From: a virus
Length of the DNA: 64,000 nt
Virus record (IMG/VR): IMGVR_UViG_3300038309_000252
Coordinates: 32,001 to 96,000 of that record
Reading direction: 5' to 3' (one strand)
Shown here: piece by piece, positions 29,731 to 40,175 of the stretch
How the letters are laid out: every line of letters begins with the position of its first letter
Position numbering within the stretch: position 1 is the first letter of the stretch
The notes under the pieces: generated by a model
What the model saw: only the letters and a program-made list of their open reading frames with translations
The model's database searches: none
Told to the model about the DNA's origin: nothing
Position numbers and translations under genes: made by a program

Positions 29731-30171
29731 ATGCTTTCAATTGATGACATTATTGATTTATGGAATAATGATTGTATAATAGATTCAAACCAACTTGGTA
29801 ATGCATCAACATCTACAGCTAAATTACATGCAAAGTATATTAGTATGTTAATTCCAGCTAAACTGAAAAAGACTCAATTAGAAGCTCATTATAATACCAC
29901 AAAAAAACTTAAAATTAAATACTATCGCGGAGAAATGTCTAAAGAAGAATTAAAAGAAAACAATTGGGATCAATATCAATTTAATAAACCTTTGAAAGCA
30001 GAAATTGATGATATTTTACGTGGGGATGATGATTTGATTAAAATAACTTCTCGTATTGAATATATGGATCATATGATTTATTTATTAGAGTCTATTCTAG
30101 GGCAAATTAAGCAGCGTGATTTTCAAGTATCTAATCATATAAAGTGGAAGCAATTCCTTGCTGGAAATTGA
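29731..30171 (+). CDS. uvsY: recombination mediator UvsY
   Basis: Motifs KLHAKY, KYYRGEM and IKWKQFLAG. Confidence 0.92.
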   Translation: MLSIDDIIDLWNNDCIIDSNQLGNASTSTAKLHAKYISMLIPAKLKKTQLEAHYNTTKKLKIKYYRGEMSKEELKENNWDQYQFNKPLKAEIDDILRGDDDLIKITSRIEYMDHMIYLLESILGQIKQRDFQVSNHIKWKQFLAGN

Positions 30172-30179
30172 GGTCGATT

Positions 30180-31580
30180 ATGGAAATTATATCTGTTGAA
30201 AAAATTAATGAAGTTTTTATGCATGTTACATCATCAGAAGATATAGAACAACAGATAAAAGATACATTTACCTATGAATATCCTGGAGCAAGATATACTC
30301 CACAATTCAAAAAAAGGATTTGGGATGGAAAAGTTTGTCTATATCATACACAAAGAAAGGTATTATATCTTGGTCTTTTAGGTGAATTACAGCAATTCGC
30401 TAATAAGTTTCAATATCAAATTGAATATAAAAATGAAGTAATATCTAAACCAAATAACTGTTCATTTGAAGAAATTAATCAATACGTAAATAGTCTTAAA
30501 ATTGCCTCTAAAGACAATTTATTAGATGTAAGAGATTATCAGTTAGAAGCTATCCATAAAGGTTTATTTCATAAAAGAATTGTTCTTTTAAGTCCAACTG
30601 GTTCTGGAAAATCATTGATCATATATGCAATGATGAGATGGTTAACAGAACAAGGGTTAAAAGTAATTATTGTAGTTCCAACAACAACACTTGTTGAGCA
30701 ACTTTATAGCGATTTTCAAGATTATTCCTCTATAAACAAATGGAGTGTAGAAGATCATTGTCAAAAGTTATATTATGGATTTCCTAAGAAGTTTGATAGA
30801 AATATATTGATTTCTACCTGGCAATCCATCTATAAACAACCTAAAGAATGGTTTCAGCAATTTAATGCTATTATTGGTGATGAAGCACACCAATTCAAAG
30901 CAAAAAGTTTAACAACAATCATGGAAAGATTGATTAATGTTGAATATAAAATTGGAACAACAGGGTCTGTAGACAACAAAAAACTAAATCATCTAATTTT
31001 GCAAGGTATATTTGGAGCAATTCATAAAGTTGTTTCTACAAAGCAATTACAAGATAAAGGACAATTAGCTAATCTTGAAATAACAAGACTTGTATTAGAA
31101 CATTCTGATGACATGCAACCTATGGATATAAATCAAGAAATCGATTTCTTGATTAAAAACCAAAGAAGAAATAAGTTTATTGTTAATCTAGCTGATCAAT
31201 GCAAAGGAAATACTCTTATTTTATTCCAATATGTTGAAAAGCATGGAAATGTATTATATGAGTTATTAAAATCTAAGATAACTAATAGACCAATATATTA
31301 TATTCATGGTCAAACAGAAGTTTCTACAAGAGAAAAAATCAGAAAGATATTATCCTCTGATAAAATTGTTTTAACCTTTGGTGATCATGAAATAACAATA
31401 CAATATGATGAAGATGTTAGAATGATTGATCAATCTATTAAGAAAGGTGAAACGATTACTACAGAAGATAATATCTGTCCACAATGGGTTTATCTTAAAA
31501 TGCAACAACAAAATAATATGAATCTCATGAGTAACATGAACATTAGAACTACTTTAGAGGAATTTTGTAATGAAACCTGA
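30180..31580 (+). CDS. uvsW: UvsW helicase, N-terminal part, with a non-UvsW C-terminal extension
   Basis: WDGKV, RDYQ, SPTGSGKS, DEAH and GTTGS are present; motifs V and VI are missing. Confidence 0.9.
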   Translation: MEIISVEKINEVFMHVTSSEDIEQQIKDTFTYEYPGARYTPQFKKRIWDGKVCLYHTQRKVLYLGLLGELQQFANKFQYQIEYKNEVISKPNNCSFEEINQYVNSLKIASKDNLLDVRDYQLEAIHKGLFHKRIVLLSPTGSGKSLIIYAMMRWLTEQGLKVIIVVPTTTLVEQLYSDFQDYSSINKWSVEDHCQKLYYGFPKKFDRNILISTWQSIYKQPKEWFQQFNAIIGDEAHQFKAKSLTTIMERLINVEYKIGTTGSVDNKKLNHLILQGIFGAIHKVVSTKQLQDKGQLANLEITRLVLEHSDDMQPMDINQEIDFLIKNQRRNKFIVNLADQCKGNTLILFQYVEKHGNVLYELLKSKITNRPIYYIHGQTEVSTREKIRKILSSDKIVLTFGDHEITIQYDEDVRMIDQSIKKGETITTEDNICPQWVYLKMQQQNNMNLMSNMNIRTTLEEFCNET

Positions 31581-31890
31581 TAAGATAACTAAAAAATCTA
31601 TCAATGCAATAATTATTGCTTCTTATGGAACAACTAGTACAGGTATTAATATTCCAACTCTAGAAAATATTATTTTTGCATCACCAACTAGTTCTATTAT
31701 TAGAGTGTTGCAATCTATTGGTAGAGGTCTTAGAGTTACAAAAACAAAAACAAAATGTAAGTTATTTGATATAGTAGACCACATAAATTGTCTAGGAAAA
31801 GATAATATAACATATAGACAAGGAATTGCACGTCTAAAAATCTATAACGACGAAGAATTTCAAATAAAAACTATAAAGGTTAAAATATGA
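31570..31890 (+). CDS. uvsW: UvsW helicase, C-terminal part (motifs V-VI)
   Basis: NAIIIASYGTTSTGINI..LQSIGRGLR; has its own SD GAGGA. Confidence 0.88.
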   Translation: MKPDKITKKSINAIIIASYGTTSTGINIPTLENIIFASPTSSIIRVLQSIGRGLRVTKTKTKCKLFDIVDHINCLGKDNITYRQGIARLKIYNDEEFQIKTIKVKI

Positions 31891-32267
31891 TATTACCACC
31901 AGTAGTGGTCTTAACTACAATTGCTAATGAGTACATTGTTGGATTTTATCATGGTGAGCATGTGGAAAATGAAATTAATTTAACATTAATTGAATTACCA
32001 CATTATATTCAATTTAATAATGAACAACAAGATAATTATTCATTAATACCTTATGAGACAGATTTACAGAAATATTATAATGTTAAGTCAGCTGATATTA
32101 GTTTCATTTTAATTGCTTCATCAAAGATTTCTAGTAATTATAAAAACTTTTTAAAGATATCTTTTCCTGATCTACTAGATGAAGTTATTAATGAACAATA
32201 TGATTTAAATATTGTTTCTAATAATAGCAATAGGGTAATTCTTAATGGTAATGAAACAAAACATTAA
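31887..32267 (+). CDS. hypothetical protein (position between uvsW and g55)
   Basis: ATGA overlap with the upstream gene. Confidence 0.6.
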   Translation: MILPPVVVLTTIANEYIVGFYHGEHVENEINLTLIELPHYIQFNNEQQDNYSLIPYETDLQKYYNVKSADISFILIASSKISSNYKNFLKISFPDLLDEVINEQYDLNIVSNNSNRVILNGNETKH

Positions 32268-32323
32268 TTTAAAAATATGATGATTTGATGATGATTTGAA
32301 ATGAGGACATGTTTTTCTGTTAC

Positions 32324-32745
32324 TTAAAATTTAATTTTGAAGATGGATTTCTGCCTCAAACCAACAAAGGATGATTGATTCAATCTTATCTTGTTCAATG
32401 TTTCTTGTTTAATTGAACCAGGTTGATCCAGGTTAATTTGTTGTTCTAGATCATTTGTTGTTTAATGTTTCTTGTTTAATTGTTCTAGATCATTTGTTGT
32501 TCAAGGTTTCTTGTTTAATTGAACCAGGTTGATCCAGGGTTAATTTGTTGTTCAAGGTTTCTTGTTTTATTGATCTAGTTGTTCTAGATCATTTGTTGTT
32601 TTATGTTACCTTTTATGGTATAATGTTTTTTGTTTTATTGATCTAGGTTAATTTAATGTTCTAGATCGTTAAAGTTTTTTTGTTCCTTAAAGAACACATT
32701 TATTATACCATATTTTTGGACAAAAGTCAACTGTATACAGGATTT
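32324..32745. repeat. non-coding modular repeat element, copy 2
   Basis: Same flanks and modules as 6421-6877 but a different module order; 8 GATC sites. Confidence 0.9.
32702..32730 (-). promoter_or_regulatory. sigma70 promoter reading into repeat element 2
   Basis: Identical to 6834-6862. Confidence 0.8.
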
Positions 32746-32763
32746 TTCACAACCCTTCTATAG

Positions 32764-32792
32764 TTGACATCAATGCTGTTAAATGGTAAAAT
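32764..32792 (+). promoter_or_regulatory. sigma70 promoter of g55
   Basis: TTGACA-17bp-TAAAAT with extended TG. Confidence 0.75.
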
Positions 32793-32817
32793 ATTTTCTT
32801 TCAAAAGGAGTGAAAAT

Positions 32818-33384
32818 ATGGCAGATTATGTTAACAATCTTCAATTCTTAGAAGCAATAAAAGAATATCGTAATCTTAGAAAGCATGCTGAAGAAAATAA
32901 TCTTAAAATGCCTCAAATCCCAAACTATATTGGTGAATGCATTTTACAAATTGCTACTCATTTATCCTATAAATATAATTTTTTGAATTATACCTATAAA
33001 GATGAAATGATTAGTGATGGTATTGAAAATTGTATTACCTACCTAAACAATTTTGATCCTGATAAATCAAGCAATCCATTTGCCTATTTTACCCAAGTAA
33101 TTTACTATGCTTTTATTAGAAGGATTCAAAGAGAAAAGAAGCAATCTATTATCAAAGGTGCTTTGATAAGCAATATTTGTTTATCAGATGAATTTGAAAT
33201 ATTTGAATCTCAAATAGATGATGAAATGCAAATTAATCAATCACTTATTGGTAACGTGCAAAATAATAATCCATATATCAAGAACTTATCAAAAAGTAAT
33301 ACAACAAAAAGACGTAAACTTAAAGAAAAGTTTATCGATAAAGAAGAATTTAATACATCCAATATACTTGAGGAACTGATGTGA
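32818..33384 (+). CDS. g55: late-transcription sigma factor gp55
   Basis: MADYVNN, YIGECILQIA, DEMISDGIENC and NPFAYFTQVIYYAFIRRI; SD AGGAG before the ATG at 32818. Confidence 0.97.
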   Translation: MADYVNNLQFLEAIKEYRNLRKHAEENNLKMPQIPNYIGECILQIATHLSYKYNFLNYTYKDEMISDGIENCITYLNNFDPDKSSNPFAYFTQVIYYAFIRRIQREKKQSIIKGALISNICLSDEFEIFESQIDDEMQINQSLIGNVQNNNPYIKNLSKSNTTKRRKLKEKFIDKEEFNTSNILEELM

Positions 33385-34430
33385 AAATAGCTTTACTTGG
33401 CGATACACATTGGGGAGTAAGAAATGATATGCCTGTGTTTTACAGGCATATGGAAAAATTTTATAATTGGTTTTTTGATCAATTGAAAGAAAATAAAATT
33501 GATCAATTAATCCAACTTGGTGATTTGTTTGATAGGAGGAAATATATCAATCTGAAAACATTACACCAAGCAGAAAAAATCATGTTTCAACCATTAAAAG
33601 CTATGGAGATTCCAACCCATATTATTGTTGGAAATCATGATTCATATTATAAAGATTGCCTTGATGTTAATTCTTTAACATTAATTATTAATCAATATCA
33701 AAATATTACAATTTATAGTAAACCAACAACAGTTTCAATTGATGGTATTTCATGTGATTTCTTTCCATGGATTTGTTCAGATAATGAGAAATCTAGCTTA
33801 CAGTTAATTGAAAATACCAAGTCAAAGTATGCTTTTGGTCATTTTGAATTAGCTGGTTATTTTCAAATTCCTGGTGTTATTTCTGAACATGGAATGAAAA
33901 CACAAGTTTTGAAGAATTATAAGCAGGTTATTAGTGGTCATTATCATACAAGATCACAAAAAGATAATGTTTTATATACTGGTACTCCATATGAAATGAC
34001 ATGGAATGATTATAATGATCCAAAAGGATATCATATCTTAGATACATCTACAGGAAATATTAAGTTTGTCAAATCACCTTTTGTTTCATTTGTCAAAATA
34101 GAATATGATGATTTTAATGCAAAAATGTCTAAAGAAAAATATCAAGTAGATGATTGTTTTGTAAAAGTTATTGTCAAGAATAGAACCAACAATATTATGT
34201 TTGACCAATTTATAAACGACTTGCAAAATCAAGCATTTGATGTTAAAATCATTGAAGATTTTACAGAATATTTGGATGGAGATATTAGTCAAATTGACAA
34301 AATCAACGTTGAAAATACTCTTGATGTTGTGTCAAAATATATCGATTCACTTGAAACCGATATGAATAAAGATAAGATCAAATCATTTGTCAAATCTCTT
34401 TACATTGAGGCATCAAATCTAGAAACATGA
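33381..34430 (+). CDS. g47: recombination nuclease gp47 (Mre11-like)
   Basis: Motifs GDTHWG, GDLFD, GNHD and SGHYH. Confidence 0.97.
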   Translation: MKIALLGDTHWGVRNDMPVFYRHMEKFYNWFFDQLKENKIDQLIQLGDLFDRRKYINLKTLHQAEKIMFQPLKAMEIPTHIIVGNHDSYYKDCLDVNSLTLIINQYQNITIYSKPTTVSIDGISCDFFPWICSDNEKSSLQLIENTKSKYAFGHFELAGYFQIPGVISEHGMKTQVLKNYKQVISGHYHTRSQKDNVLYTGTPYEMTWNDYNDPKGYHILDTSTGNIKFVKSPFVSFVKIEYDDFNAKMSKEKYQVDDCFVKVIVKNRTNNIMFDQFINDLQNQAFDVKIIEDFTEYLDGDISQIDKINVENTLDVVSKYIDSLETDMNKDKIKSFVKSLYIEASNLET

Positions 34431-36136
34431 TTATATTCAAGACTATTAGATACAAAAACTTCTTGAGTACAGGTAATCAATTCAATGAGATTGCTTTGAA
34501 TAAAGCAAATGCTACGTTGATTACAGGAAAGAATGGTGAAGGTAAGTCCAGCATTCTTTGTGCATTAACCTTTGGTTTATTTGGAAAACCATTCAGAAAT
34601 ATTTCCAAACCACAACTAATCAATTCTATCAATCAAAAGAATTGTTTGGTTGAAATTGAGTTTGAAACTGGTGAGTCACAATATCTTGTTAAAAGAGGAA
34701 TGAAACCTAATATTTTTGAAATCTATAAAGACTCCATCTTGTTGAATCAAGAAGCTGCATCACGTGATTATCAAAAAGTTTTAGAAAATATCTTAAAATT
34801 AACATATAAGACATTCACACAAGTTGTTATTCTTGGTTCTGCAACATTTGTTCCATTCATGCAATTGCCATTAGCTCAAAGAAGAGAAGTTATTGAAGAA
34901 ATCTTAGATATAAAAATCTTTTCTATTATGAATAATCTTTTAAAGGAAAAGAGTTTGATTATTAAAGAACAAATGTTTAATGTGGAACGAGATATAGAAG
35001 TACAGAATATCCATATTCAAAATATTAAGAAAGTAATTAGTGTGCTTGAATCAAACAAGCAAGATGTTATTAAAACTATTCAAGACCAGATATTATCTAA
35101 TAATAATCAAATAAATGAGCATCAAATTATGATATCAAAAACAGAAAATGATATCATAAAATTAAAAGAAAAGTCAGATAGTTCTGAAATAGAAAAAGCA
35201 TTATCTAATTTACAACGTATGGAAATTAAGGTTAAAACAATATTACATAATGTATTGTCATCTCAGAAGTTTTTTGAGAATAATTTGAAGTGTCAAACAT
35301 GTGAGCAAGATATTCCAGAAAGTCATAAAAATGTTGTTTTAAATCAAATCAATTCAAAAATTAATGAATATCAATCTAAGTTAGAGTCTTTTGATGCTAT
35401 AGCTAAAAAATTAAATGATAAAATGACTAATTTGCATGCATTAAACAATAACATTCAATCATTGTTGCAAGAGCAATTATCTGCATCAAATAATATAAAT
35501 GTATTGCAATCACATAATCAACAATTGTTAAACAAACTTAATGCTGCACAATCAAATAATGATAATATAGACGAAGAACATGTCAAATTAAATGATGCTT
35601 TAGAATTAGCAAATAGTTTGAAGAATAAGAAGTTTGACCTGATAGAATCTAAAATGATGCAAGATATAGCTGGATTACTTTTGAAAGATACGGGAATAAA
35701 AACAGCTATCATTAATGAATATTTACCAGTCATAAATCTGTTAGTTAATAAATATCTATCAGCAATGGATTTTTTTGTTAATTATAATCTAGATTCCTCA
35801 TTCCAAGAATCAATTAAATCAAGAGGCAGAGATACATTTACCTATGATTCTTTTTCAGAAGGTGAAAAAAGAAGATTAGATCTGGCAATTTTGTTTACTT
35901 GGAGGCAAATTGCTAAGATGAAAAATAGTATTAATACCAACATTCTATTTCTTGATGAAGTACTTGATGGATCATTAGATGCATCTGGAATTGATTACTT
36001 TCTATCAATAATGAATCAATTTGGAGAAAATACCAATGTGTTTGTAATAAGTCATCGTGAAGTTGCAGACAAATTTGACAATATTATCAGAGTTCAAAAG
36101 AAAAATCAATTCAGTATAATTAGTTCAGAAACGTAG
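34427..36136 (+). CDS. g46: recombination ATPase gp46 (Rad50-like)
   Basis: Motifs KNFLSTGN, GKNGEGKS, CQTC hook, FSEGEK and LDEVLD. Confidence 0.97.
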   Translation: MIIFKTIRYKNFLSTGNQFNEIALNKANATLITGKNGEGKSSILCALTFGLFGKPFRNISKPQLINSINQKNCLVEIEFETGESQYLVKRGMKPNIFEIYKDSILLNQEAASRDYQKVLENILKLTYKTFTQVVILGSATFVPFMQLPLAQRREVIEEILDIKIFSIMNNLLKEKSLIIKEQMFNVERDIEVQNIHIQNIKKVISVLESNKQDVIKTIQDQILSNNNQINEHQIMISKTENDIIKLKEKSDSSEIEKALSNLQRMEIKVKTILHNVLSSQKFFENNLKCQTCEQDIPESHKNVVLNQINSKINEYQSKLESFDAIAKKLNDKMTNLHALNNNIQSLLQEQLSASNNINVLQSHNQQLLNKLNAAQSNNDNIDEEHVKLNDALELANSLKNKKFDLIESKMMQDIAGLLLKDTGIKTAIINEYLPVINLLVNKYLSAMDFFVNYNLDSSFQESIKSRGRDTFTYDSFSEGEKRRLDLAILFTWRQIAKMKNSINTNILFLDEVLDGSLDASGIDYFLSIMNQFGENTNVFVISHREVADKFDNIIRVQKKNQFSIISSET

Positions 36137-36160
36137 CTATTTAAAGATGAGGATAAGTTA

Positions 36161-36565
36161 ATGACTATACTAATTAAAAATAAAAGGATATATACTACAT
36201 TTTCAAGAGAAGGTATACATTGTTTTCCAGAAGCATTAACTGATCCTCAATATAAAACTAATGATGATATGGATGTCAGTTTTCTAGGTTATCCACATAG
36301 ACATATATTTCATTTTTATGTAGAAATTGATGTACAGCATGATAATAGAGATATTGAACTAATACAATTCAAAAGATGGTTAGAATCTATATATAACAAT
36401 TCAACCTTATTTTTAGATAATAAAAGTTGTGAAATGATTGCTGATGATTTGGCGCTTATTATTCATGATAAGTTTCCTACTAAGTCATTTATGATAAAGA
36501 TTAGTGAAGATCTAGAACATGGTATTTGTAAAGAGTATCAAGTAGAAAATAGTTTCATAAAATGA
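36161..36565 (+). CDS. QueD/PTPS-like T-fold protein
   Basis: EGIHCFP, HRHIFH, SCEMIA and ISED resemble the 6-pyruvoyl-tetrahydropterin synthase Zn/T-fold pattern. Confidence 0.6.
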   Translation: MTILIKNKRIYTTFSREGIHCFPEALTDPQYKTNDDMDVSFLGYPHRHIFHFYVEIDVQHDNRDIELIQFKRWLESIYNNSTLFLDNKSCEMIADDLALIIHDKFPTKSFMIKISEDLEHGICKEYQVENSFIK

Positions 36566-37446
36566 ACTTAGTTAAGACTCCATTACACCTTAATGATATA
36601 TTTTTTTGTCATACTGGTCCAACCTCATTATTACATTATACAAATAATCAACCAGTTCATATGATTTTAGCTCATATGATTGATGAAGATATCAATTATA
36701 GACAATTTTATTATGATTTAAAGAAATCTAACGAAAATGTTTTTTATCATCTTGATAATTCTACCTATGAGATGTATATTCGTGGATTACCACCAATAAG
36801 TATAGATGATTTATTAAAAATTGCTTCATTGATTAATGCAGATTCTGTCATATTACCTGATTTTCCAGGAGAAGACTGGTTTAAAACAGTTGATATTGCC
36901 AAAAAATATATTAATAAAGTAAAAGAAAATGGATATTACACCTGTTTTTGTCCTCAATCAGTTTTAGGGGATATATCTGGTTTACTTCAAAGTTATGAAT
37001 GGGCAATTAATAATCCTTATATTGATTTTATAGGTGTTTCTATCTTAGCATGTCCAATAGCATATGGATATCAATATTTATTGTCCAAAGATATAGAAAA
37101 AATACATGTATATTTGTCAAGATGGGCAATATTTAGATTGCTGGATGAAAGAGGTTTTCTGAATGAAAGTACCATTAAGAAATTTCATTGCTTTGGTTTA
37201 TTTAATGGTCCAAGAGAAATTGAGATTTTAAGAGAATATCATAAATATATTTTTTCATGGGATAGTTTCATTCCTATTTGGAATGCAATTCATGGTATTA
37301 TTTTTGATGATTCACCTACAGGTTTAAGGTATGGAAAAGACATAGATCAGATTGATTACAATAAACGTATTAAAGAAACAAGTGATATTAGTTTTAATAT
37401 AATATCAAATATTAATTATATTTCTAAATTGTGTGAGAAATTATGA
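36562..37446 (+). CDS. TGT/DpdA-like TIM-barrel protein
   Basis: The order of motifs LDNS, ILPD, CPQ, IGVS, HCFG, SWDS matches the transglycosylase fold. Confidence 0.5.
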   Translation: MNLVKTPLHLNDIFFCHTGPTSLLHYTNNQPVHMILAHMIDEDINYRQFYYDLKKSNENVFYHLDNSTYEMYIRGLPPISIDDLLKIASLINADSVILPDFPGEDWFKTVDIAKKYINKVKENGYYTCFCPQSVLGDISGLLQSYEWAINNPYIDFIGVSILACPIAYGYQYLLSKDIEKIHVYLSRWAIFRLLDERGFLNESTIKKFHCFGLFNGPREIEILREYHKYIFSWDSFIPIWNAIHGIIFDDSPTGLRYGKDIDQIDYNKRIKETSDISFNIISNINYISKLCEKL

Positions 37447-38012
37447 CAATGATCATTGCATTAGCTGGTCCAAAAGGTGTTGGCAAAAATCATTTTTTTA
37501 ATGAAGCTAAATCTATCTTTAACAGATTTGCATGGAAGCAAATTGCTTTTGCAGATCCAATAAAAAACAATATTATTGATATTTTTAATTTGACAAATGA
37601 AAATGATTATGATATATTCAAAAGATCTTCTATAAGTGTAAATAATAATAATATTGAAGGTAGGGATATTGTCCGTAAAATTGGTATGTTAATGAGAAGC
37701 TATGATGAAAATCAATTTGTAAATTATGTTAAGAATAAAATAGAAAGTGATTCCAATAATTCTGCTTGTCCTCCATGCTGGGTTATAACAGATTTAAGAT
37801 TTCACAATGAGTATGAATTAATTAAAAACCAATTACATGGGAAGATTATCAAAATTAAAAATAATAATATCCAATATGATTTTCATGTATCAGAGCTTGA
37901 GTTTGATGATAATTTGTGTGATTTTGTGTTTGATGTAACAAACCTATCAGAAAAAGAATATAAAAGAAAATTGTTAACCTTACTAACTAAACTATTGTGT
38001 TCATATTTTTAA
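37443..38012 (+). CDS. deoxynucleoside monophosphate kinase (gp1-like)
   Basis: Motifs IALAGPKGVGK, AFADPIK, ITDLRFHNE and HVSE. Confidence 0.85.
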   Translation: MTMIIALAGPKGVGKNHFFNEAKSIFNRFAWKQIAFADPIKNNIIDIFNLTNENDYDIFKRSSISVNNNNIEGRDIVRKIGMLMRSYDENQFVNYVKNKIESDSNNSACPPCWVITDLRFHNEYELIKNQLHGKIIKIKNNNIQYDFHVSELEFDDNLCDFVFDVTNLSEKEYKRKLLTLLTKLLCSYF

Positions 38013-38022
38013 TGGAGTGATT

Positions 38023-38517
38023 ATGAAGCATATTATGGGAAATAAGTCTACATCTAATCTTACAAATGTCCAAGAAGGTGATTCACAACCAAATGCAGTA
38101 GATTTAAGACTTGATAAAGTTTATTCAATTAGTAATGAAGTATTTGAAATTTCAAATACCCATAAAAAGCATAGAAAAACTACAGTAGTACAACCAGATG
38201 ATGAAGGATATTATAACTTAGAAGTTGGTCATTATGAAATAACTATGGAAAATATTGTAACAATTGGTGAGAATGAAGCAGGAATGGTAATTACAAGATC
38301 ATCATTGAATCGTAATGGATGTTTTTTAACATACGGATTATTTGATTCAGGGTATAGTGGTTTAATTGCTGGAATGCTCCATGTTAATTGTGGACCAATT
38401 AGAATTCAAAAAGGAACAAGAATTGGTCAATTTCTTTGTTTTGATTCCGAATCACTTCAATTGTACACAGGAGATTATGGTCTAGAAAAATCTTTTGACA
38501 AAGCAAGGTATTCATGA
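38023..38517 (+). CDS. dUTPase / dCTP deaminase family protein
   Basis: Motifs QPNAVDLRL, RSSLNRNG, DSGYSG and GTRIGQF. Confidence 0.85.
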   Translation: MKHIMGNKSTSNLTNVQEGDSQPNAVDLRLDKVYSISNEVFEISNTHKKHRKTTVVQPDDEGYYNLEVGHYEITMENIVTIGENEAGMVITRSSLNRNGCFLTYGLFDSGYSGLIAGMLHVNCGPIRIQKGTRIGQFLCFDSESLQLYTGDYGLEKSFDKARYS

Positions 38518-38523
38518 TATAAT
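38495..38523 (+). promoter_or_regulatory. sigma70 promoter of g45
   Basis: TTGACA-17bp-TATAAT with extended TG. Confidence 0.8.
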
Positions 38524-38543
38524 AGTGTTTTTAATGTGGAGTT

Positions 38544-39221
38544 ATGATTATGAAATTGAGTAAGGAAACCTTATCTATTTTCAAGAACTTTAGTTCTATC
38601 AATATGAATCTTATGATCAAGGCAGGCAATAAGATTTCTACAATTTCTTCTGGAAAGAATATTATTGCTGAAGCAGAGATTCCTGAATTATTTCATTATG
38701 ATTTTGGTATCTATGATCTTAATGAGTTTCTTGGTATCATGAATATGTTTTCTGATCCAGAAGTTATCTTTGAACCAACTTTTTCATCTATTCAAGAAGG
38801 TGCTAATAAGGTTAAGTTTTTTGCAGCTGCACCAGGTATTCTTACATCTGCACCAACTATTAAAGAGTTTCCAAAGACAGATATTGTATTTACTTTGACA
38901 AATACAATGATTAATCAGATTATGAAAAGTTCATCTGTATTGAAGGTTAATGATTTTATTGTCAGCGGAAAAGATGGTGAACTATCTTTAACTGTTAAAG
39001 ATAAATCTAATCCTACTGGTAATATATTCAGTAGTGTTGTTGGTGAAACAAATAGGGTATTTGATGCTTATTTTCAGGTTGATAACTTGAAGATTATAAC
39101 GGGAAATTATGAAGTATCTATTTCAGATAAGAGAATTAGTAGATTTCAATATCAGTCAAGTAATTCAGATTATGATTTAAAATATTTCATTGCTTTAGAA
39201 ATGGATAGTGTATTTGAATAA
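38544..39221 (+). CDS. g45: sliding clamp gp45
   Basis: Motifs MKLSKETL..FKNFSSIN, FGIYDLNEFL and YFIALE. Confidence 0.97.
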   Translation: MIMKLSKETLSIFKNFSSINMNLMIKAGNKISTISSGKNIIAEAEIPELFHYDFGIYDLNEFLGIMNMFSDPEVIFEPTFSSIQEGANKVKFFAAAPGILTSAPTIKEFPKTDIVFTLTNTMINQIMKSSSVLKVNDFIVSGKDGELSLTVKDKSNPTGNIFSSVVGETNRVFDAYFQVDNLKIITGNYEVSISDKRISRFQYQSSNSDYDLKYFIALEMDSVFE

Positions 39222-39236
39222 TTAAGGATTTATATT

Positions 39237-40175
39237 ATGAATGAACAATTTCTTTGGGTTGAAAAGTATCGTCCAAAAACAATTGATGAGTGTATCCTTT
39301 CTGATACACTCAAATCAACATTAATGCAATATGTTCATGAAGGTCAGATTCCTAATTTTCTATTTCATGGATCTGCTGGTGTTGGAAAGACAACAGTAGC
39401 AAAAGCAATTTGCAACCAAATTGGAGCAGAATATCTTTTTATTAATGGTTCTGATGAATCAGGAATTGACGTTTTAAGAACAAAAATCAAGAGTTTTGCC
39501 TCAACAATTAGTTTGACCAATGCCAAGAAAATTGTTATTCTTGATGAAGCAGATTATCTAAACCCAAATACAACACAACCAGCATTACGAGCATTTATTG
39601 AGGAATTTGCAAATAATTGCAGATTTATCTTTACTTGTAATTATAAGAATAGAATTATTGAACCTTTACATAGTAGAACAGCAGTAATAGATTTTACATA
39701 TCCATCAGATCAAAAGAATCTTATTGCTGGTCTATTCTACAAAAGGGTTATCAAAATCTTAAAACAAGAAAATATTGAATTTGATCAAAAAGTAGTTGCT
39801 GAATTGATCAAGCAATATTTTCCTGATTATCGTAGAATTATTAACGAACTACAAAGATATAGTATATCTGGAAAGATTGATACAGGTATTTTCGTCAATT
39901 TGTCTAACGAATCATATAAACAACTATTTCAACTTTTGAAATCAAAAAAGTTTAATGATGTTAGAAAGTGGGTTGGTGAAAATTCTGATAAAGATACAAC
40001 AAAAATCTTTAGTCAATTGTATTCCTATTCAGATCAATTTGTGGATCAAAGTTCAGTTCCTTCATTAATAATTATTTTAGCTGATTATCAATATAAGGAT
40101 TCATTTGTCATTGATCATGAATTAAATCTAATGGCATGTTTGACAGAAATTATGAGTGGGTGTAAGTTTCAATGA
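39237..40175 (+). CDS. g44: clamp loader large subunit gp44
   Basis: Motifs LWVEKYRPKTI, GSAGVGKTT, LDEADYL and PLHSR. Confidence 0.98.
   Translation: MNEQFLWVEKYRPKTIDECILSDTLKSTLMQYVHEGQIPNFLFHGSAGVGKTTVAKAICNQIGAEYLFINGSDESGIDVLRTKIKSFASTISLTNAKKIVILDEADYLNPNTTQPALRAFIEEFANNCRFIFTCNYKNRIIEPLHSRTAVIDFTYPSDQKNLIAGLFYKRVIKILKQENIEFDQKVVAELIKQYFPDYRRIINELQRYSISGKIDTGIFVNLSNESYKQLFQLLKSKKFNDVRKWVGENSDKDTTKIFSQLYSYSDQFVDQSSVPSLIIILADYQYKDSFVIDHELNLMACLTEIMSGCKFQ

Noticed and set aside
31570-31610. Functional split intein in uvsW
   Set aside because: There is no N-terminal Cys/Ser nucleophile, TxxH or HN-C/S/T junction; the NAII residues are native UvsW.
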